From a virus: a DNA stretch of 64,000 bases. Within the stretch, counting starts at the first letter, position 1, and each line of letters opens with the position of its first letter. Position numbers and translations under genes: made by a program. Below the pieces are notes generated by a model. That model ran no database searches. It was not told the DNA's origin and saw nothing but the letters and a program-made list of their open reading frames with translations. Location of the stretch: positions 32,001-96,000 of IMG/VR virus record IMGVR_UViG_3300047557_003310. One strand, written 5' to 3'. Below are positions 30,225 through 41,103 of the stretch, one piece after another.

Positions 30225-30656
30225 ATGAACACAATAGTTAGGTACAATACTGGGAATATCCAGAAGTTCTTAAATGATATAGATAAGTATTCAATTGGAA
30301 TGGACGAATGGTTCCATAGATTTTCTGCCTTACACCAAACAGAATCAAATTATCCACCATATAATGTAATAAAGGAAAGTAATACGGAATTTAGATTAGA
30401 GGTAGCTCTTGCTGGATTTACCAAAAATCAAATTACTGTATATACTGAAAATAATAAACTTTTTGTTGAAGGAACAAAAGAAAACGACAATCAAAAGGAA
30501 TATGTCCATCAAGGATTGGCACAAAGAGCCTTTACTCGTGCCTGGACAATATCAGATGATGTCGAAGTGAAACAAGTTACTTTTGATAATGGCCTACTAA
30601 ACATTGAATTAGTAAAAGTGATTCCAGAACATCAAAAGAAAAAAGTTTGGTTTTAA
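30225..30656 (+). CDS. hsp20: small heat shock protein Hsp20
   Basis: NYPPYN, EVALAGF, NGLLNI; SD AAGGAG before ATG 30225. Confidence 0.95.
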   Translation: MNTIVRYNTGNIQKFLNDIDKYSIGMDEWFHRFSALHQTESNYPPYNVIKESNTEFRLEVALAGFTKNQITVYTENNKLFVEGTKENDNQKEYVHQGLAQRAFTRAWTISDDVEVKQVTFDNGLLNIELVKVIPEHQKKKVWF

Positions 30657-30671
30657 TTGAATCAAATTTAC

Positions 30672-30701
30672 GGGAGAGGTCGGTTGACTTCTCCCTTTTT
30701 T
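30672..30701 (+). terminator. terminator after hsp20, overlapping a TTGACT-17-TATAAT promoter (30684-30712)
   Basis: GGGAGA...TCTCCC hairpin plus T-tract. Confidence 0.75.
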
Positions 30702-30737
30702 ATTGCTATAATGGATTGGACAGCTGCTTATTGAATT

Positions 30738-31034
30738 ATGGATGAAGAGATTATTGAAATTTATGATACTGTATCCATTATTGTTTTGCATACAAATCAG
30801 GTACTGATATCGAAAATTGAAGAAGTGTCAGCTGATATTGGAGAACCAAACTGTAGATTGATTGATCCATATGTAATTAATTACGATAAAGTAACTCAAA
30901 GTGCAACTCTTACTCAATGGTTGATTCCATACACTAGTCAAAATGTTTTTATGATTAGCTCAGATAAAATTTTGACAATATCTGAACCCAAACAACAAAT
31001 TCTAGATAAGTATAACAATTTGGTAAATAGCTGA
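30738..31034 (+). CDS. conserved hypothetical upstream of gp43
   Basis: DIGEPNCRLIDP, FMISSDKILT. Confidence 0.75.
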   Translation: MDEEIIEIYDTVSIIVLHTNQVLISKIEEVSADIGEPNCRLIDPYVINYDKVTQSATLTQWLIPYTSQNVFMISSDKILTISEPKQQILDKYNNLVNS

Positions 31035-33535
31035 TGCGTTGGTATACTAATGTAAAACAACTTGGGAATCGAATCTATGTTCGTGGTTATGATAATGGAG
31101 AACACTTTAAAGATGTAGTTGAATATAAGCCAACATTCTATGTAAAGACTGATAAGAAGAGTGAATATAAAACTCTTGATGGATCATATGTTAAAATGAT
31201 CCATCCTGGTACAATCAAAGAGTCTAAAGAGTTTGTTTCCAAATATAAGAATGTAGATGGATTTGAAATATTTGGAAATGAGACTTTTATCTACCAGTAC
31301 ATCTCTGATAATTATAGCGAAGATCAAATTGACTACGACATAACCAAAATTAAGATCTTTGCAATTGATATTGAGTGTGCATCTGAAAATGGATTCCCAG
31401 ATCCAAAGACATGCGATGAAGAGATTCTGTTAATTACAATTCAAGATTATACAACTAAAAAAATCTTTACTTGGGGAACTAGAAAATTCTCAGAAAATTT
31501 AAATGACCACAAGTATTTTTATTGTCATGACGAAGCGCATCTACTTAATTCTTTTCTAAACTACTGGCAAGAGAACACACCAGAAATCGTTACTGGATGG
31601 AATTGTCTCTATTATGACTTCCCATATATTATTGGAAGAATGTATAGATTGCTTGGGACGAAGGAGACTAAAAAGATGTCTCCTTATGGTTGGATTTCAG
31701 ATAGACAAGCTGAAGTTAGAAAAGATGAATTCCAAACAGTCTATGATATTTTTGGAGTTTCAATTGTAGATTATTTTGATCTTTATAAGAAGTATTCGTT
31801 TAAAAAGCCTGAAAACTTTAGACTGGATACTATTGCATTTAATGAACTAGGTCAAAATAAACTAGATCATAGTGAGTATGAGACATTCAAAGATTTTTAC
31901 GATAAAGACTGGAATACATTTGTAAAATATAATGTAATTGATACTGAGCTCGTAAATAAGTTAGAGGACAAACTCCACATGATTGAATTGGCGATCATGC
32001 TTGCATTTGACTCTAAAACTAATTTTGAAGATGTATTTTATCAAGTTAGAATGTGGGATACGATTATCTACAATTATCTTCGTAGGAAAAAAATCGTAAT
32101 CCCATTAAAAGAACCAGCGAAAGAAAAGTCAGATAAATTTGTTGGTGCTTTTGTGAAAGAACCAGTCCCTGGATCTTACGACTATGTGGTCAGTATGGAC
32201 TTAACCTCACTGTATCCACACATTATGATGGGACTTAACATCAGCCCAGATACTTTAGTGAAAGATAGATTTTCTAATATATCAATCGATTCTGTCTTAC
32301 AAAAAACGGCAAATATACCTGAAGGTTTTAAATATTCCGTTTGTCCAAATGGGTCCATGTATAAAAAGGATCAGATGGGTTTCCTACCAGAACTTCTTGA
32401 TAAGATGTTCCAGAAAAGGAAATTTTACAAGGATAAGATGAAAGAACTTAAGAAAGAATATGAGAAATCACATTCTAGTAAGTTGAAGAAACAGATTTCA
32501 ATGTATAGTGTCAAGGAACAATCTATTAAAGTATGTCTCAATTCATGTTATGGAGCAACTGGTAATCCTTACTTCAGATTTTATGATCTGAGAAATGCTG
32601 AGGCAGTAACATATACTGGACAACTTGCAATTCGATGGATTGAAAAGAAGTTTAATGAGTACTTCAATAAAATTCTCAAAACAGATGGAATAGATTATGT
32701 AGTTTACTGCGATACAGATTCTGCATTTTTGAATATGAAACCTCTTGTTGATTTTATATTTAAAAATAAGAATCCAGATAAACTTGAAATTATCGACTTT
32801 CTTGATTCTATTTTTTCTACAAAAATCCAGGATTATGTAGATGATTCGTATAAAGAGCTAGCAAAATATTTGAATGCATATGCTCATAGACTCCACATGA
32901 AGAGAGAGAAAATTACAGACAGAGCGGTATTTATTTCTAAGAAAAGATATATTGCCAATGTTTGGGATAATGAAGGAGTTAGGTATTCTGAACCTGAATT
33001 AGCAATGACTGGCGTTGAGGCTATTAGGTCTTCTACTCCTGCTTTCTGTAGGGATAAGATTAAACAAGCTATTAGGTTAATCATGTCTTCCGATGAAAAT
33101 GAAATGATAGATTTCATTGCTAAAACTAGGGAAGAGTTTTTTAAATTGACACCAGAAGAAGTATCTTTCCCAAAATCTATAAATGAAGTTACCAAATTTA
33201 TGTCGAACTTAACGATGTATCAAAAGGGAACTCCAATACATGTGAGAGGAGCAATTCTATATAATCATTACATCAAAGATAAAAAACTACAAAGAAAATA
33301 TTCTATAATCAAGAACGGTGAAAAAATTAAGTATTGCTATTTGAAACTCCCAAATCCAATTCATGAAAATGTAATTTCTTATATTCAAAAGTTACCACCA
33401 GAATTTGAACTAGAAAAGTATATTGATTACAATATGCAATTTGAGAAAACATTTTTGAATCCTCTTAAATTAATCTTAGACATTATTGGGTGGAAAATTG
33501 AGAAGCAAAACACACTTGATTCATTTTTCTTTTAG
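31034..33535 (+). CDS. gp43: family B DNA polymerase gp43
   Basis: DIE exonuclease motif, DLTSLYPH, K..LNS.YG, YCDTDS, C-terminal TLDSFF clamp-binding peptide; uninterrupted. Confidence 0.99.
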   Translation: MRWYTNVKQLGNRIYVRGYDNGEHFKDVVEYKPTFYVKTDKKSEYKTLDGSYVKMIHPGTIKESKEFVSKYKNVDGFEIFGNETFIYQYISDNYSEDQIDYDITKIKIFAIDIECASENGFPDPKTCDEEILLITIQDYTTKKIFTWGTRKFSENLNDHKYFYCHDEAHLLNSFLNYWQENTPEIVTGWNCLYYDFPYIIGRMYRLLGTKETKKMSPYGWISDRQAEVRKDEFQTVYDIFGVSIVDYFDLYKKYSFKKPENFRLDTIAFNELGQNKLDHSEYETFKDFYDKDWNTFVKYNVIDTELVNKLEDKLHMIELAIMLAFDSKTNFEDVFYQVRMWDTIIYNYLRRKKIVIPLKEPAKEKSDKFVGAFVKEPVPGSYDYVVSMDLTSLYPHIMMGLNISPDTLVKDRFSNISIDSVLQKTANIPEGFKYSVCPNGSMYKKDQMGFLPELLDKMFQKRKFYKDKMKELKKEYEKSHSSKLKKQISMYSVKEQSIKVCLNSCYGATGNPYFRFYDLRNAEAVTYTGQLAIRWIEKKFNEYFNKILKTDGIDYVVYCDTDSAFLNMKPLVDFIFKNKNPDKLEIIDFLDSIFSTKIQDYVDDSYKELAKYLNAYAHRLHMKREKITDRAVFISKKRYIANVWDNEGVRYSEPELAMTGVEAIRSSTPAFCRDKIKQAIRLIMSSDENEMIDFIAKTREEFFKLTPEEVSFPKSINEVTKFMSNLTMYQKGTPIHVRGAILYNHYIKDKKLQRKYSIIKNGEKIKYCYLKLPNPIHENVISYIQKLPPEFELEKYIDYNMQFEKTFLNPLKLILDIIGWKIEKQNTLDSFFF

Positions 33536-33544
33536 TGCTATACT
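33516..33544 (+). promoter_or_regulatory. sigma70-type promoter for uvsX
   Basis: TTGATT-17-TATACT. Confidence 0.6.
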
Positions 33545-33565
33545 ACATACAACTATAGGAGACAC

Positions 33566-34570
33566 ATGGATTTTCTTAAAGAAATTATAAAAGAAGTTGG
33601 TGGCGAATACACCAAACTTGCATCAGATATTGAAGAGACTGAAACTTATGTTGATACAGGTTCATACATTTTTAATGCACTGGTTTCAGGTAGCATATTT
33701 GGTGGTGTATCTGGGAATAAGATTACTGCTATTGCTGGAGAGTCTTCTACTGGAAAGACTTTTTTCTCTCTCGCCGTTGTTAAGAACTTTCTTGATACTC
33801 ATCCCGATGGTTACTGTCTCTATTTTGATACTGAGGCTGCTATTACTAAATCACTCGTAGAATCTCGTGGAATTGATACTTCTCGTCTTGTGGTTGTTAA
33901 TGTTGTTACTGTTGAAGAGTTCCGTGGAAAGGCGCTGAAAGCAGTTGACATTTATCTCAAAAAACCAATGGAAGAGCGCAAACCATGTATGTTTGTGCTA
34001 GACTCTCTAGGTATGCTTTCAACAGAAAAGGAAATTACTGATGCACTCAACGATAAACAAGTTCGTGATATGACTAAATCGCAACTGGTCAAAGGTGCTT
34101 TCCGAATGCTCACACTCAAACTAGGTCAAGCAAATGTCCCACTTCTTGTCACGAATCACACATACGATGTCATCGGAGCTTACGTACCAACTAAAGAAAT
34201 GGGGGGAGGTTCTGGACTCAAATATGCAGCAAGTACGATCATCTATCTCAGCAAGAAAAAAGAAAAGGATGGAACGGAAGTGGTCGGCAATATTATCAAG
34301 GCTAAGACTGCTAAATCGCGTTTGAGTAAGGAGAATAAAGATGTTGAGGTTCGTCTGTTTTATGATGAACGCGGTCTTGATCGATATTATGGATTACTTG
34401 AACTCGGTGAGATTGGTGGTTTATGGAAAAATGTTTCAGGTCGATATGAGATCAACGGTAAAAAAATCTATGGGAAGCAGATTCTCGCAAATCCTGAAGA
34501 ATACTTCACCGAAGAAGTAATGCAGAAATTGGATGAGATCGCAAAAGAAGAATTTAGTTATGGTACTTGA
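33566..34570 (+). CDS. uvsX: RecA-like recombinase UvsX
   Basis: [19 protein letters not shown]. Confidence 0.96.
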   Translation: MDFLKEIIKEVGGEYTKLASDIEETETYVDTGSYIFNALVSGSIFGGVSGNKITAIAGESSTGKTFFSLAVVKNFLDTHPDGYCLYFDTEAAITKSLVESRGIDTSRLVVVNVVTVEEFRGKALKAVDIYLKKPMEERKPCMFVLDSLGMLSTEKEITDALNDKQVRDMTKSQLVKGAFRMLTLKLGQANVPLLVTNHTYDVIGAYVPTKEMGGGSGLKYAASTIIYLSKKKEKDGTEVVGNIIKAKTAKSRLSKENKDVEVRLFYDERGLDRYYGLLELGEIGGLWKNVSGRYEINGKKIYGKQILANPEEYFTEEVMQKLDEIAKEEFSYGT

Positions 34571-35952
34571 TGGAAAAGATTGAGTTTTTGATTCTAAGAA
34601 ATTTAATTTATAATGAAGAGTACACTAGGAAAGTACTTCCATTTTTAAAAGAAGAATATTTTCAGGATTATAATCAAAAAGTAATCTTTGTTGAAATAAG
34701 CTCTTTCATACTAAAATACAATGAATTGCCAACAAATGAGGCTTTATTAATTGAAGTAGAAAACAGGACAGATCTGAATGAATCTTCATACAAAGAAATA
34801 GTTTCAATTATCAGTGCAATAGACAATGTTCCATCTGAATTGCAGTGGTTGATTGATATAACTGAAAAGTGGTGTAAAGATAGGGCAATTTATCTTGCTC
34901 TTATGGAATCCATTCAGATTGCAGATGGAAAAGACGAAAAGAAAAACAGGGATTCAATCCCATCCATTCTATCAAATGCATTAGGAGTGAGTTTTGATAA
35001 CCATGTTGGACACGATTATTTACTAGATTACGAATTACGGTATGATTTATACAATAAAAAAGAAAGCAAACTATCTTTTGATCTTGAATATTTTAACAAA
35101 ATTACGAACGGTGGGCTCTCTCCTAAAACTCTTAACATCGCACTTGCTGGTACGAATGTCGGCAAGTCTCTATTCATGTGCCACATGGCTGGCTCCTACT
35201 TGCTCCAGGGAAGGAATGTATTGTACATTACGCTTGAAATGGCAGAAGAGAAAATTGCTGAGCGAATTGATGCCAACCAAATGAATATTAATATTCAAGA
35301 TATTAAAGATTTACCTAAATCTACATTTCAAAATAAGATTAATTCCATTTCAAGAAAGACACAGGGATCTTTAATTATCAAAGAATATCCAACTGCTTCT
35401 GCACATGCTGGACACTTCAAGGCATTGCTAAATGAATTGGCTTTGAAGAAATCATTCAAACCAGATGTTATTTTTATTGATTATCTTAACATCTGCGCAT
35501 CAAGTAGATACAAAGGAAATATATCTGTAAATTCATATTCTTATGTTAAATCTATTGCGGAAGAACTGAGAGGTCTTGCAGTTGAGTTTAATGTTCCAAT
35601 TATGAGTGCAACCCAAACAACTAGGTCTGGATTTGCATCATCTGACCCAGAGTTGACGGATACTTCTGAATCTTTTGGTTTGCCTGCAACTGCTGATTTT
35701 CTTTTCGCTTTAATTTCTACAGATGAATTAGAACAGTTAAATCAAATACTTGTGAAACAACTTAAAAACAGGTATAGCGATAAATCCCTACACAAAAAAT
35801 TTGTAGTAGGAATAGATAGAGCAAAAATGCGTTTATACGATGTTGACCAATCGGCTCAAAAGGACATACTTGACTCTGGACAGGAAGAGGAGTATAATGA
35901 CGAAGAGCACCAATCTGATTTAAAAAATAAATTTAGGAGTTTTACATTCTAA
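34567..35952 (+). CDS. gp41: replicative helicase gp41
   Basis: [32 protein letters not shown]; no intein. Confidence 0.97.
   Translation: MMEKIEFLILRNLIYNEEYTRKVLPFLKEEYFQDYNQKVIFVEISSFILKYNELPTNEALLIEVENRTDLNESSYKEIVSIISAIDNVPSELQWLIDITEKWCKDRAIYLALMESIQIADGKDEKKNRDSIPSILSNALGVSFDNHVGHDYLLDYELRYDLYNKKESKLSFDLEYFNKITNGGLSPKTLNIALAGTNVGKSLFMCHMAGSYLLQGRNVLYITLEMAEEKIAERIDANQMNINIQDIKDLPKSTFQNKINSISRKTQGSLIIKEYPTASAHAGHFKALLNELALKKSFKPDVIFIDYLNICASSRYKGNISVNSYSYVKSIAEELRGLAVEFNVPIMSATQTTRSGFASSDPELTDTSESFGLPATADFLFALISTDELEQLNQILVKQLKNRYSDKSLHKKFVVGIDRAKMRLYDVDQSAQKDILDSGQEEEYNDEEHQSDLKNKFRSFTF
35870..35898 (+). promoter_or_regulatory. sigma70-type promoter for mazG inside the gp41 3' end
   Basis: TTGACT-17-TATAAT. 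Confidence 0.65.
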
Positions 35953-36371
35953 TGGAAAAGGTACAAAAAATTGATAGCGACAAGTACATTGATTTTGTTC
36001 GCCAAACTACAAGTCCTGCTAGTAGCAATAGCGGAAGTTTGATTTCTCGTATTGTTGATCTTGAAACTTCTTCCGGTGCTGATACTCCTCGACTTTTAAC
36101 TGCTGCTTTTGGTATGAGTGCAGAAGCAGGTGAATTTACTGAAGTTGTGAAGAAAGTATTTCTTCAAGGTAAACCATACACTCAAGAAACTGAGTTTCAC
36201 CTAAAACGAGAACTTGGAGATATCTGTTGGTATCTTGCTCAAGCTTGTATGGCACTTGATACTAATTTTGATGAAATTCTTCAGATGAATTACGAAAAGC
36301 TAAGTGCTCGTTATCCAGAAGGAACTTTTGATGTATATCGTTCTGAAAATCGTGTAGAGGGAGATCTATGA
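35952..36371 (+). CDS. mazG: MazG nucleotide pyrophosphohydrolase
   Basis: EAGEFTEVVKK, ELGDICWY. Confidence 0.93.
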   Translation: MEKVQKIDSDKYIDFVRQTTSPASSNSGSLISRIVDLETSSGADTPRLLTAAFGMSAEAGEFTEVVKKVFLQGKPYTQETEFHLKRELGDICWYLAQACMALDTNFDEILQMNYEKLSARYPEGTFDVYRSENRVEGDL

Positions 36372-36550
36372 CTAAAGAAAAAAAAGTAACAATTAAAATG
36401 GATGCTCGTCAAGCAGCAGCAGTTCGTCAAATCCTTTTTGAATCCCAGGTAGGATATACTTATGATGAAGTGTGTGTACCTCCTCGTATTGCAGACATTC
36501 GTTCTGTAATTCTACAACTAGACAAAGAGCTTGAAAATCATACTCCTTGA
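36368..36550 (+). CDS. hypothetical protein
   Basis: ORF track; ATGA coupling to mazG. Confidence 0.7.
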   Translation: MTKEKKVTIKMDARQAAAVRQILFESQVGYTYDEVCVPPRIADIRSVILQLDKELENHTP

Positions 36551-36553
36551 TTT

Positions 36554-36584
36554 AAACCTCCTTCGGGAGGTTTTTTTATAAATA
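36554..36584 (+). terminator. UUCG terminator running into late promoter TATAAATA (36577-36584)
   Basis: AAACCTCC-TTCG-GGAGGTTT plus T-tract. Confidence 0.88.
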
Positions 36585-36605
36585 GTAAAAAAAATATAAT
36601 TAAAA

Positions 36606-37172
36606 ATGAAGACTTTCTCTCAATTTTTAGAAGAAGCTAAAATAGACTGGAATGCTGGTCCTAGAGCAAAAGCAGAAAGAAAGTTATCTTCTTTGGGTAG
36701 ACAAATGCGTACCGCTAACCCAAGCCAAATGGTTAATGTGGCAAATCGTATAAAACAAATGAGATCAAAAATTTCATTAGAAAATGAGAAAAATCCACCA
36801 GCACCACAAAAACAAGGTATAAGTGGAATTGCAAGAGGTGGAGTACCACAGACACCAAAAGATGGACCAAAAGCACCTAGGGATCCAAGATTGGGTCCTA
36901 CCAGACAACAAAGAGCATCGGATGCTTCAGCTACTAGAATGGTAGGATCAGTTGAAAGGGGAGCAACAGTTGTTAGAAGAAATTCGGATGGAACAACAAC
37001 TAGAGTTGCTGCTAATTTTACTAGAGATCCTATTAATATCAGATCTGGTGCTACTAGAAAAGAAAGAAGATCTGATAGTAGCAGAACGACAGAGAGACCA
37101 GAAGTTGGTAGATGGAGAGGGGATCGTCCTGCAGAAAATGCACCAGATACATTTAAAAGAAAAAATAGGTAA
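36606..37172 (+). CDS. Arg/Pro-rich basic protein with capsid-targeting-like N-terminus
   Basis: Starts MKTFSQFLEEA; low complexity; late promoter upstream. Confidence 0.7.
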   Translation: MKTFSQFLEEAKIDWNAGPRAKAERKLSSLGRQMRTANPSQMVNVANRIKQMRSKISLENEKNPPAPQKQGISGIARGGVPQTPKDGPKAPRDPRLGPTRQQRASDASATRMVGSVERGATVVRRNSDGTTTRVAANFTRDPINIRSGATRKERRSDSSRTTERPEVGRWRGDRPAENAPDTFKRKNR

Positions 37173-37201
37173 AATAAATAAATAAGGAATTCCTAACAAG
37201 A

Positions 37202-38425
37202 ATGAAAAAGTTTTCGCAATTTATATTAGAATTTCGAGGATCGAGAGCATCAGAAAAGGCATATCGTCTTGGTCTCTCTTCGGATGGTCATGGCAACTGG
37301 GTAGATAGGAGTGGAAAAGTTGTAGCCCAAACAGTTGGTGGTGATCTTGAAATGATTCGTAAAAAGAGTCCAACTCCAGAAAAAGCGGAGCCAGCTCCAT
37401 CTGGACCAAAGACTCCACAGAGAGTAATTGAACCGCCACCTGCTCCAGCTGAAAGAAAAGGTATTGCAGCACCAAAACAAGAACCAGCTCCACCAGAAAT
37501 AGAGCAAGATCTCCCACTTACTATAGTATTTGCTAAATTCAACCCACCATCAGTAAAGCACGAAAAATTAATCCGAAAGGCAAAAGAAATTGCAGCTGGT
37601 GGTGAACTTAGGATATATCCATCTAGAATGCAGGACAATGAAAAGAATCCACTTGATCCTGCTTCTAAGATTAAATATATGAGGAAGATGTTTCCAGACA
37701 TCAAAGATAATATTGTCAATGATAAAGATATGAAAACTATTTTTGATGTGTTGATGTCAGCAAACGAAGATGGATATGATAAAGTAAATATTATTGCTGG
37801 ATTAGATAGGGTATCTGAATTTGAAAGACTTTCTGGTCAACATAATGGTAAACTTTACAATTTTGATGAAATAAATGTAATACCTTCTGGTCCAACTGAT
37901 CCTGATGCAGAGAGTTCATCTTCAAATCTAAGAAAAGCTGCGATTGAAAATGATTTTAATAAATTTAAAGTTGGTATACCTAAAAAAATAAAAGATAAAG
38001 ATGCTCAGGCTTTGTTCTTTGCTGTCCAAAGATCTATGTTGGGCAAAGGACAGGAAGCACAACAAGAACCACAAGATATAGCGGAAGTTTGGAAATATGC
38101 ACCAGAACTTGATCTAAATGGTTTGAGAGAACAATATTATCAGGAAAATATTTTTAGAATTGGAGAAAGAGTTCAAAATTTAAATACTGGATTAATTGGA
38201 CAGGTAATTCGTAGAGGTCCAAACTATTTGATATGTGTAACTGAAGATAATATAATGTTTAAGTCTTGGATTAAAGATGTGACCGAATGGACTGATGTTT
38301 CTGGGGTTCCTGCAGATCAAAGATTAGTTGGAACAGATCAACTCAGAAACTATACTATGAAAATGACAGGTACTACCACGATTAAAAACTTTATTCAAAA
38401 ATATAAGAGAAGCGTAAAGAAATAA
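37202..38425 (+). CDS. cytidylyltransferase-like virion protein
   Basis: FAKFNPPSVKH (HIGH-fold variant), NPLDP, AGLDR, SSSNLR; N-terminus MKKFSQFILE. Confidence 0.75.
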   Translation: MKKFSQFILEFRGSRASEKAYRLGLSSDGHGNWVDRSGKVVAQTVGGDLEMIRKKSPTPEKAEPAPSGPKTPQRVIEPPPAPAERKGIAAPKQEPAPPEIEQDLPLTIVFAKFNPPSVKHEKLIRKAKEIAAGGELRIYPSRMQDNEKNPLDPASKIKYMRKMFPDIKDNIVNDKDMKTIFDVLMSANEDGYDKVNIIAGLDRVSEFERLSGQHNGKLYNFDEINVIPSGPTDPDAESSSSNLRKAAIENDFNKFKVGIPKKIKDKDAQALFFAVQRSMLGKGQEAQQEPQDIAEVWKYAPELDLNGLREQYYQENIFRIGERVQNLNTGLIGQVIRRGPNYLICVTEDNIMFKSWIKDVTEWTDVSGVPADQRLVGTDQLRNYTMKMTGTTTIKNFIQKYKRSVKK

Positions 38426-38458
38426 TAAATAAATGTATAGGTTTAAAAATTTATACAA

Positions 38459-39787
38459 ATGTCTGATCGTATCGTAGAAAGTCTAAATGAAATGAAACAG
38501 ATTTATTTGGAATCTGTTTCAGGCAATGTCATTTCAAATAGAGATGAATATCTAGAGTATGTTGAAGAAAAGTATAAGACATCAAAAAAAGAAGACGAAG
38601 ATAAAAAAGAAAGTGAGAAAGAAGAAAAAGACGACGACGAAAAAGATGAAGACGAAGATAAGGAAGGTGAAGAAGACGAAAAACCAAAAAGATGGTGGGA
38701 TGATGATGGCGATGGAGTTGGATATGAAAAAGACGAAGTAAAAAGTAGCTTCAAAAAGAAAACTAAAAAAGTTGATGAATCACTTTCAAACTGGAGAAGT
38801 GATCTATATGAAGCAATAGGAAATATTGATGATGAAATTGAAGGATCAAAGCAAAGACAAGTTAAAGAAAAAGCAAACATTCATAATAAAATAGACATTA
38901 ATCCTAATGTTAATATTGGTGAGAGTGTAGAACTTTCAGAAGAATATATTGGAGAAGTTATTGATATTGCTGCTCAATATTTTTATGATAGGGGATTGAA
39001 TGAGGAAGGTCTCGCCATGGTAATTGAAGACCTTGGCCACGAAAAATTCATTGAGTATGTATTCTATATTTCTGAAGATTTTATGTTGAGTGAGGCAAGA
39101 ACTTTACTTGGTAAAAAGTCAAATCCAGCCACAGGAAAAGACAGAGGTATATCATTGAAAGCTGCTCCGGGAAAAACGACTCGAGCAGCGGCAGAAAAAT
39201 ATGGTACCACTAGAAGATTTTCATCATCTAGACCAACTGGGACAGTACGAAAAAAAATTGTAAAAGATCAAGGTGATAATTCTGCTAAAACTGCAGCTGA
39301 AACTCAACCAAAAGGTATAGATAAAGTTGTTAGTCAGGTTAAAAACTTTGCTACCTCACCTGACACTAAAGCTAGATTAACTAATATGATTGGTGCGGCT
39401 GTAAATAAAGCAAAATCCGATATTGGTAGAACGGGAATGGCTGCAGTTCATGCTACTGATGCTGCCAAGAAAGCAAGACAAAGAGGTGCATCTGGAGCTG
39501 GTGCAGCAGGCGCAGCTGCTGGTACATTTATTCGTGGTTTGATGCGTGGTTCTACTGCTACCGGAGTCAGAGAAGAAATCGAAGCATTTCTTCTAGAAAA
39601 ATCAGAAAGTCAACAACAACAAAAATTGTTTGGTCTTGCACTTTCAGTAAAAAGAGGTGAAACCCCAAGATCTGAAGTAAGTCAGGAAGTTCTTGATATT
39701 GTCGATAAAATGTCTGAAGCTGAGATTCGCAAATTTGCGAAAACTTCACATGAAGGACTTCCCAAAAAAGTAGAAGAAAAGGACTGA
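38459..39787 (+). CDS. putative internal head protein with C-terminal DUF3008-like module
   Basis: Acidic, then basic Ala/Gly-rich tract, then SQQQQKLFGLAL...KFAKTSHEGLPKK. Confidence 0.65.
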   Translation: MSDRIVESLNEMKQIYLESVSGNVISNRDEYLEYVEEKYKTSKKEDEDKKESEKEEKDDDEKDEDEDKEGEEDEKPKRWWDDDGDGVGYEKDEVKSSFKKKTKKVDESLSNWRSDLYEAIGNIDDEIEGSKQRQVKEKANIHNKIDINPNVNIGESVELSEEYIGEVIDIAAQYFYDRGLNEEGLAMVIEDLGHEKFIEYVFYISEDFMLSEARTLLGKKSNPATGKDRGISLKAAPGKTTRAAAEKYGTTRRFSSSRPTGTVRKKIVKDQGDNSAKTAAETQPKGIDKVVSQVKNFATSPDTKARLTNMIGAAVNKAKSDIGRTGMAAVHATDAAKKARQRGASGAGAAGAAAGTFIRGLMRGSTATGVREEIEAFLLEKSESQQQQKLFGLALSVKRGETPRSEVSQEVLDIVDKMSEAEIRKFAKTSHEGLPKKVEEKD

Positions 39788-39788
39788 T

Positions 39789-40214
39789 ATGTCTATCACA
39801 TTTAATCAATTTCTTGCTAGGATAGACGAGGCATACCCAACTTGGGGATCTAGCCCACGAAGAGATAGACCTACAGGACAATTGCCACAGAGATCATCTA
39901 CTAGAGGTAGAACTGGACCACAATTAGATTGGAGAGCACCAGAAACAAAACCTAAGGAATCAACACCCCCAAAACCTTCTGGTGGAATAACTTTTGATAG
40001 TCGTTCAAGTAATCGACGAGTTGTGACAAAACCAACTCCAGAAAAAGTTGAATTGGGATTGAAAAAACTTGGTGGAAACACATCTAAACCTTATCTACCA
40101 TTTAATCGACGGATGCAAAAAGTATTTGTTCCAACTTCCAATTCTGGTATAGAATTGACTGGCGCAGCAAAAAAATCAATGATACAAAAATTAAGAGCAC
40201 AGAAAAATAATTAA
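39789..40214 (+). CDS. basic low-complexity protein with capsid-targeting-like N-terminus
   Basis: MSITFNQFLARIDEA. Confidence 0.65.
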   Translation: MSITFNQFLARIDEAYPTWGSSPRRDRPTGQLPQRSSTRGRTGPQLDWRAPETKPKESTPPKPSGGITFDSRSSNRRVVTKPTPEKVELGLKKLGGNTSKPYLPFNRRMQKVFVPTSNSGIELTGAAKKSMIQKLRAQKNN

Positions 40215-40287
40215 TTCTATACTACCAAAGCATCATCGATTCATAAATATCTTTGGAGCATATCCAAAAATTATTAAGGAGGACATC

Positions 40288-40458
40288 ATGGGAGTATTAG
40301 TAGGAGTTGTAAAACCACTTCTTTTCGCAGCATTAAATTCTTGCCACACAAAAAGACTTGTATGCGAACTTCTAGATCGTTATGTACAAACTACAGACAA
40401 TGATGTAGATAATCTGATTGCAACCACAGTTAGAACTGCACTTCTAAAAAATTGCTGA
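40288..40458 (+). CDS. 56-aa hypothetical (not in ORF track)
   Basis: Strong SD AAGGAGG; MGVLVGVVKPLLFAALNSCHTKRLV...TTDNDVDN...; followed by terminator. Confidence 0.75.
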   Translation: MGVLVGVVKPLLFAALNSCHTKRLVCELLDRYVQTTDNDVDNLIATTVRTALLKNC

Positions 40459-40473
40459 TATTTAATTTCAACT

Positions 40474-40509
40474 AAAAAGGGAGAGGATATTTTTGCCTCT
40501 CCCTTTTTT
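40474..40509 (+). terminator. intrinsic terminator
   Basis: AAAAGGGAGAGG...CCTCTCCCTTTT. Confidence 0.85.
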
Positions 40510-40569
40510 ATTAAACATCATAACGACATAAATATTTTATAGATTAAATAGTTTTTAAAGGTAAAACGA

Positions 40570-41097
40570 ATGGCACTCTGGGGAAATAACGACAACATTT
40601 CATCCAATGGAAAAGTTTGGCTAAATTATGTCACAAGAATTGTAACTGCCACTGGAACTAACTTTGGTGCAGTTGGTGCTGCATCAACTGGAGATGTTAT
40701 TAGATTTGGAGTTGTTGGTGGAACATATTTTGGTGATGCAGTAATTGTTGGTATTGCCAGTACAACTCAACTATCTATTGCATCTACTGCAAACTTAAGT
40801 GGTGCAGCTATTGCTAACACAGATTTTAGCGTATCACAACTTCCAAAGTACCTAACTCTTGATAGTCAGTATAGCCAGACTCATACAAATTACGAGCCAT
40901 ATGTGGCTGGTGTATCTACTGCTGGAATTGCTGCAGCTCAAAATACTAAATATTCTCCAGCTCACGGTGGCTGGGTAGGAATCATGACTTATGTTGATTC
41001 CCAAGGACAATATAGAGTTAAGACAGAAACATTCGTAGCAATGTCTGGTATCCAAACAGGTAATACTCCTTTGTATGATGCAAATCCATTAGTGTGA
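40570..41097 (+). CDS. virion structural protein
   Basis: MALWG start, HGGWV, RVKTETFVAM. Confidence 0.7.
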   Translation: MALWGNNDNISSNGKVWLNYVTRIVTATGTNFGAVGAASTGDVIRFGVVGGTYFGDAVIVGIASTTQLSIASTANLSGAAIANTDFSVSQLPKYLTLDSQYSQTHTNYEPYVAGVSTAGIAAAQNTKYSPAHGGWVGIMTYVDSQGQYRVKTETFVAMSGIQTGNTPLYDANPLV

Positions 41098-41103
41098 TAT
41101 TAA

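Noticed and set aside
6297-35952. Inteins or introns in gp17, gp43, uvsX and gp41 (common insertion sites)
   Set aside because: All are continuous, of normal length and lack intein motifs
38560-38760. GAA/GAC/AAA repeats and overlapping ORFs
   Set aside because: Asp/Glu/Lys-rich coding sequence; the alternative ORFs are shadows
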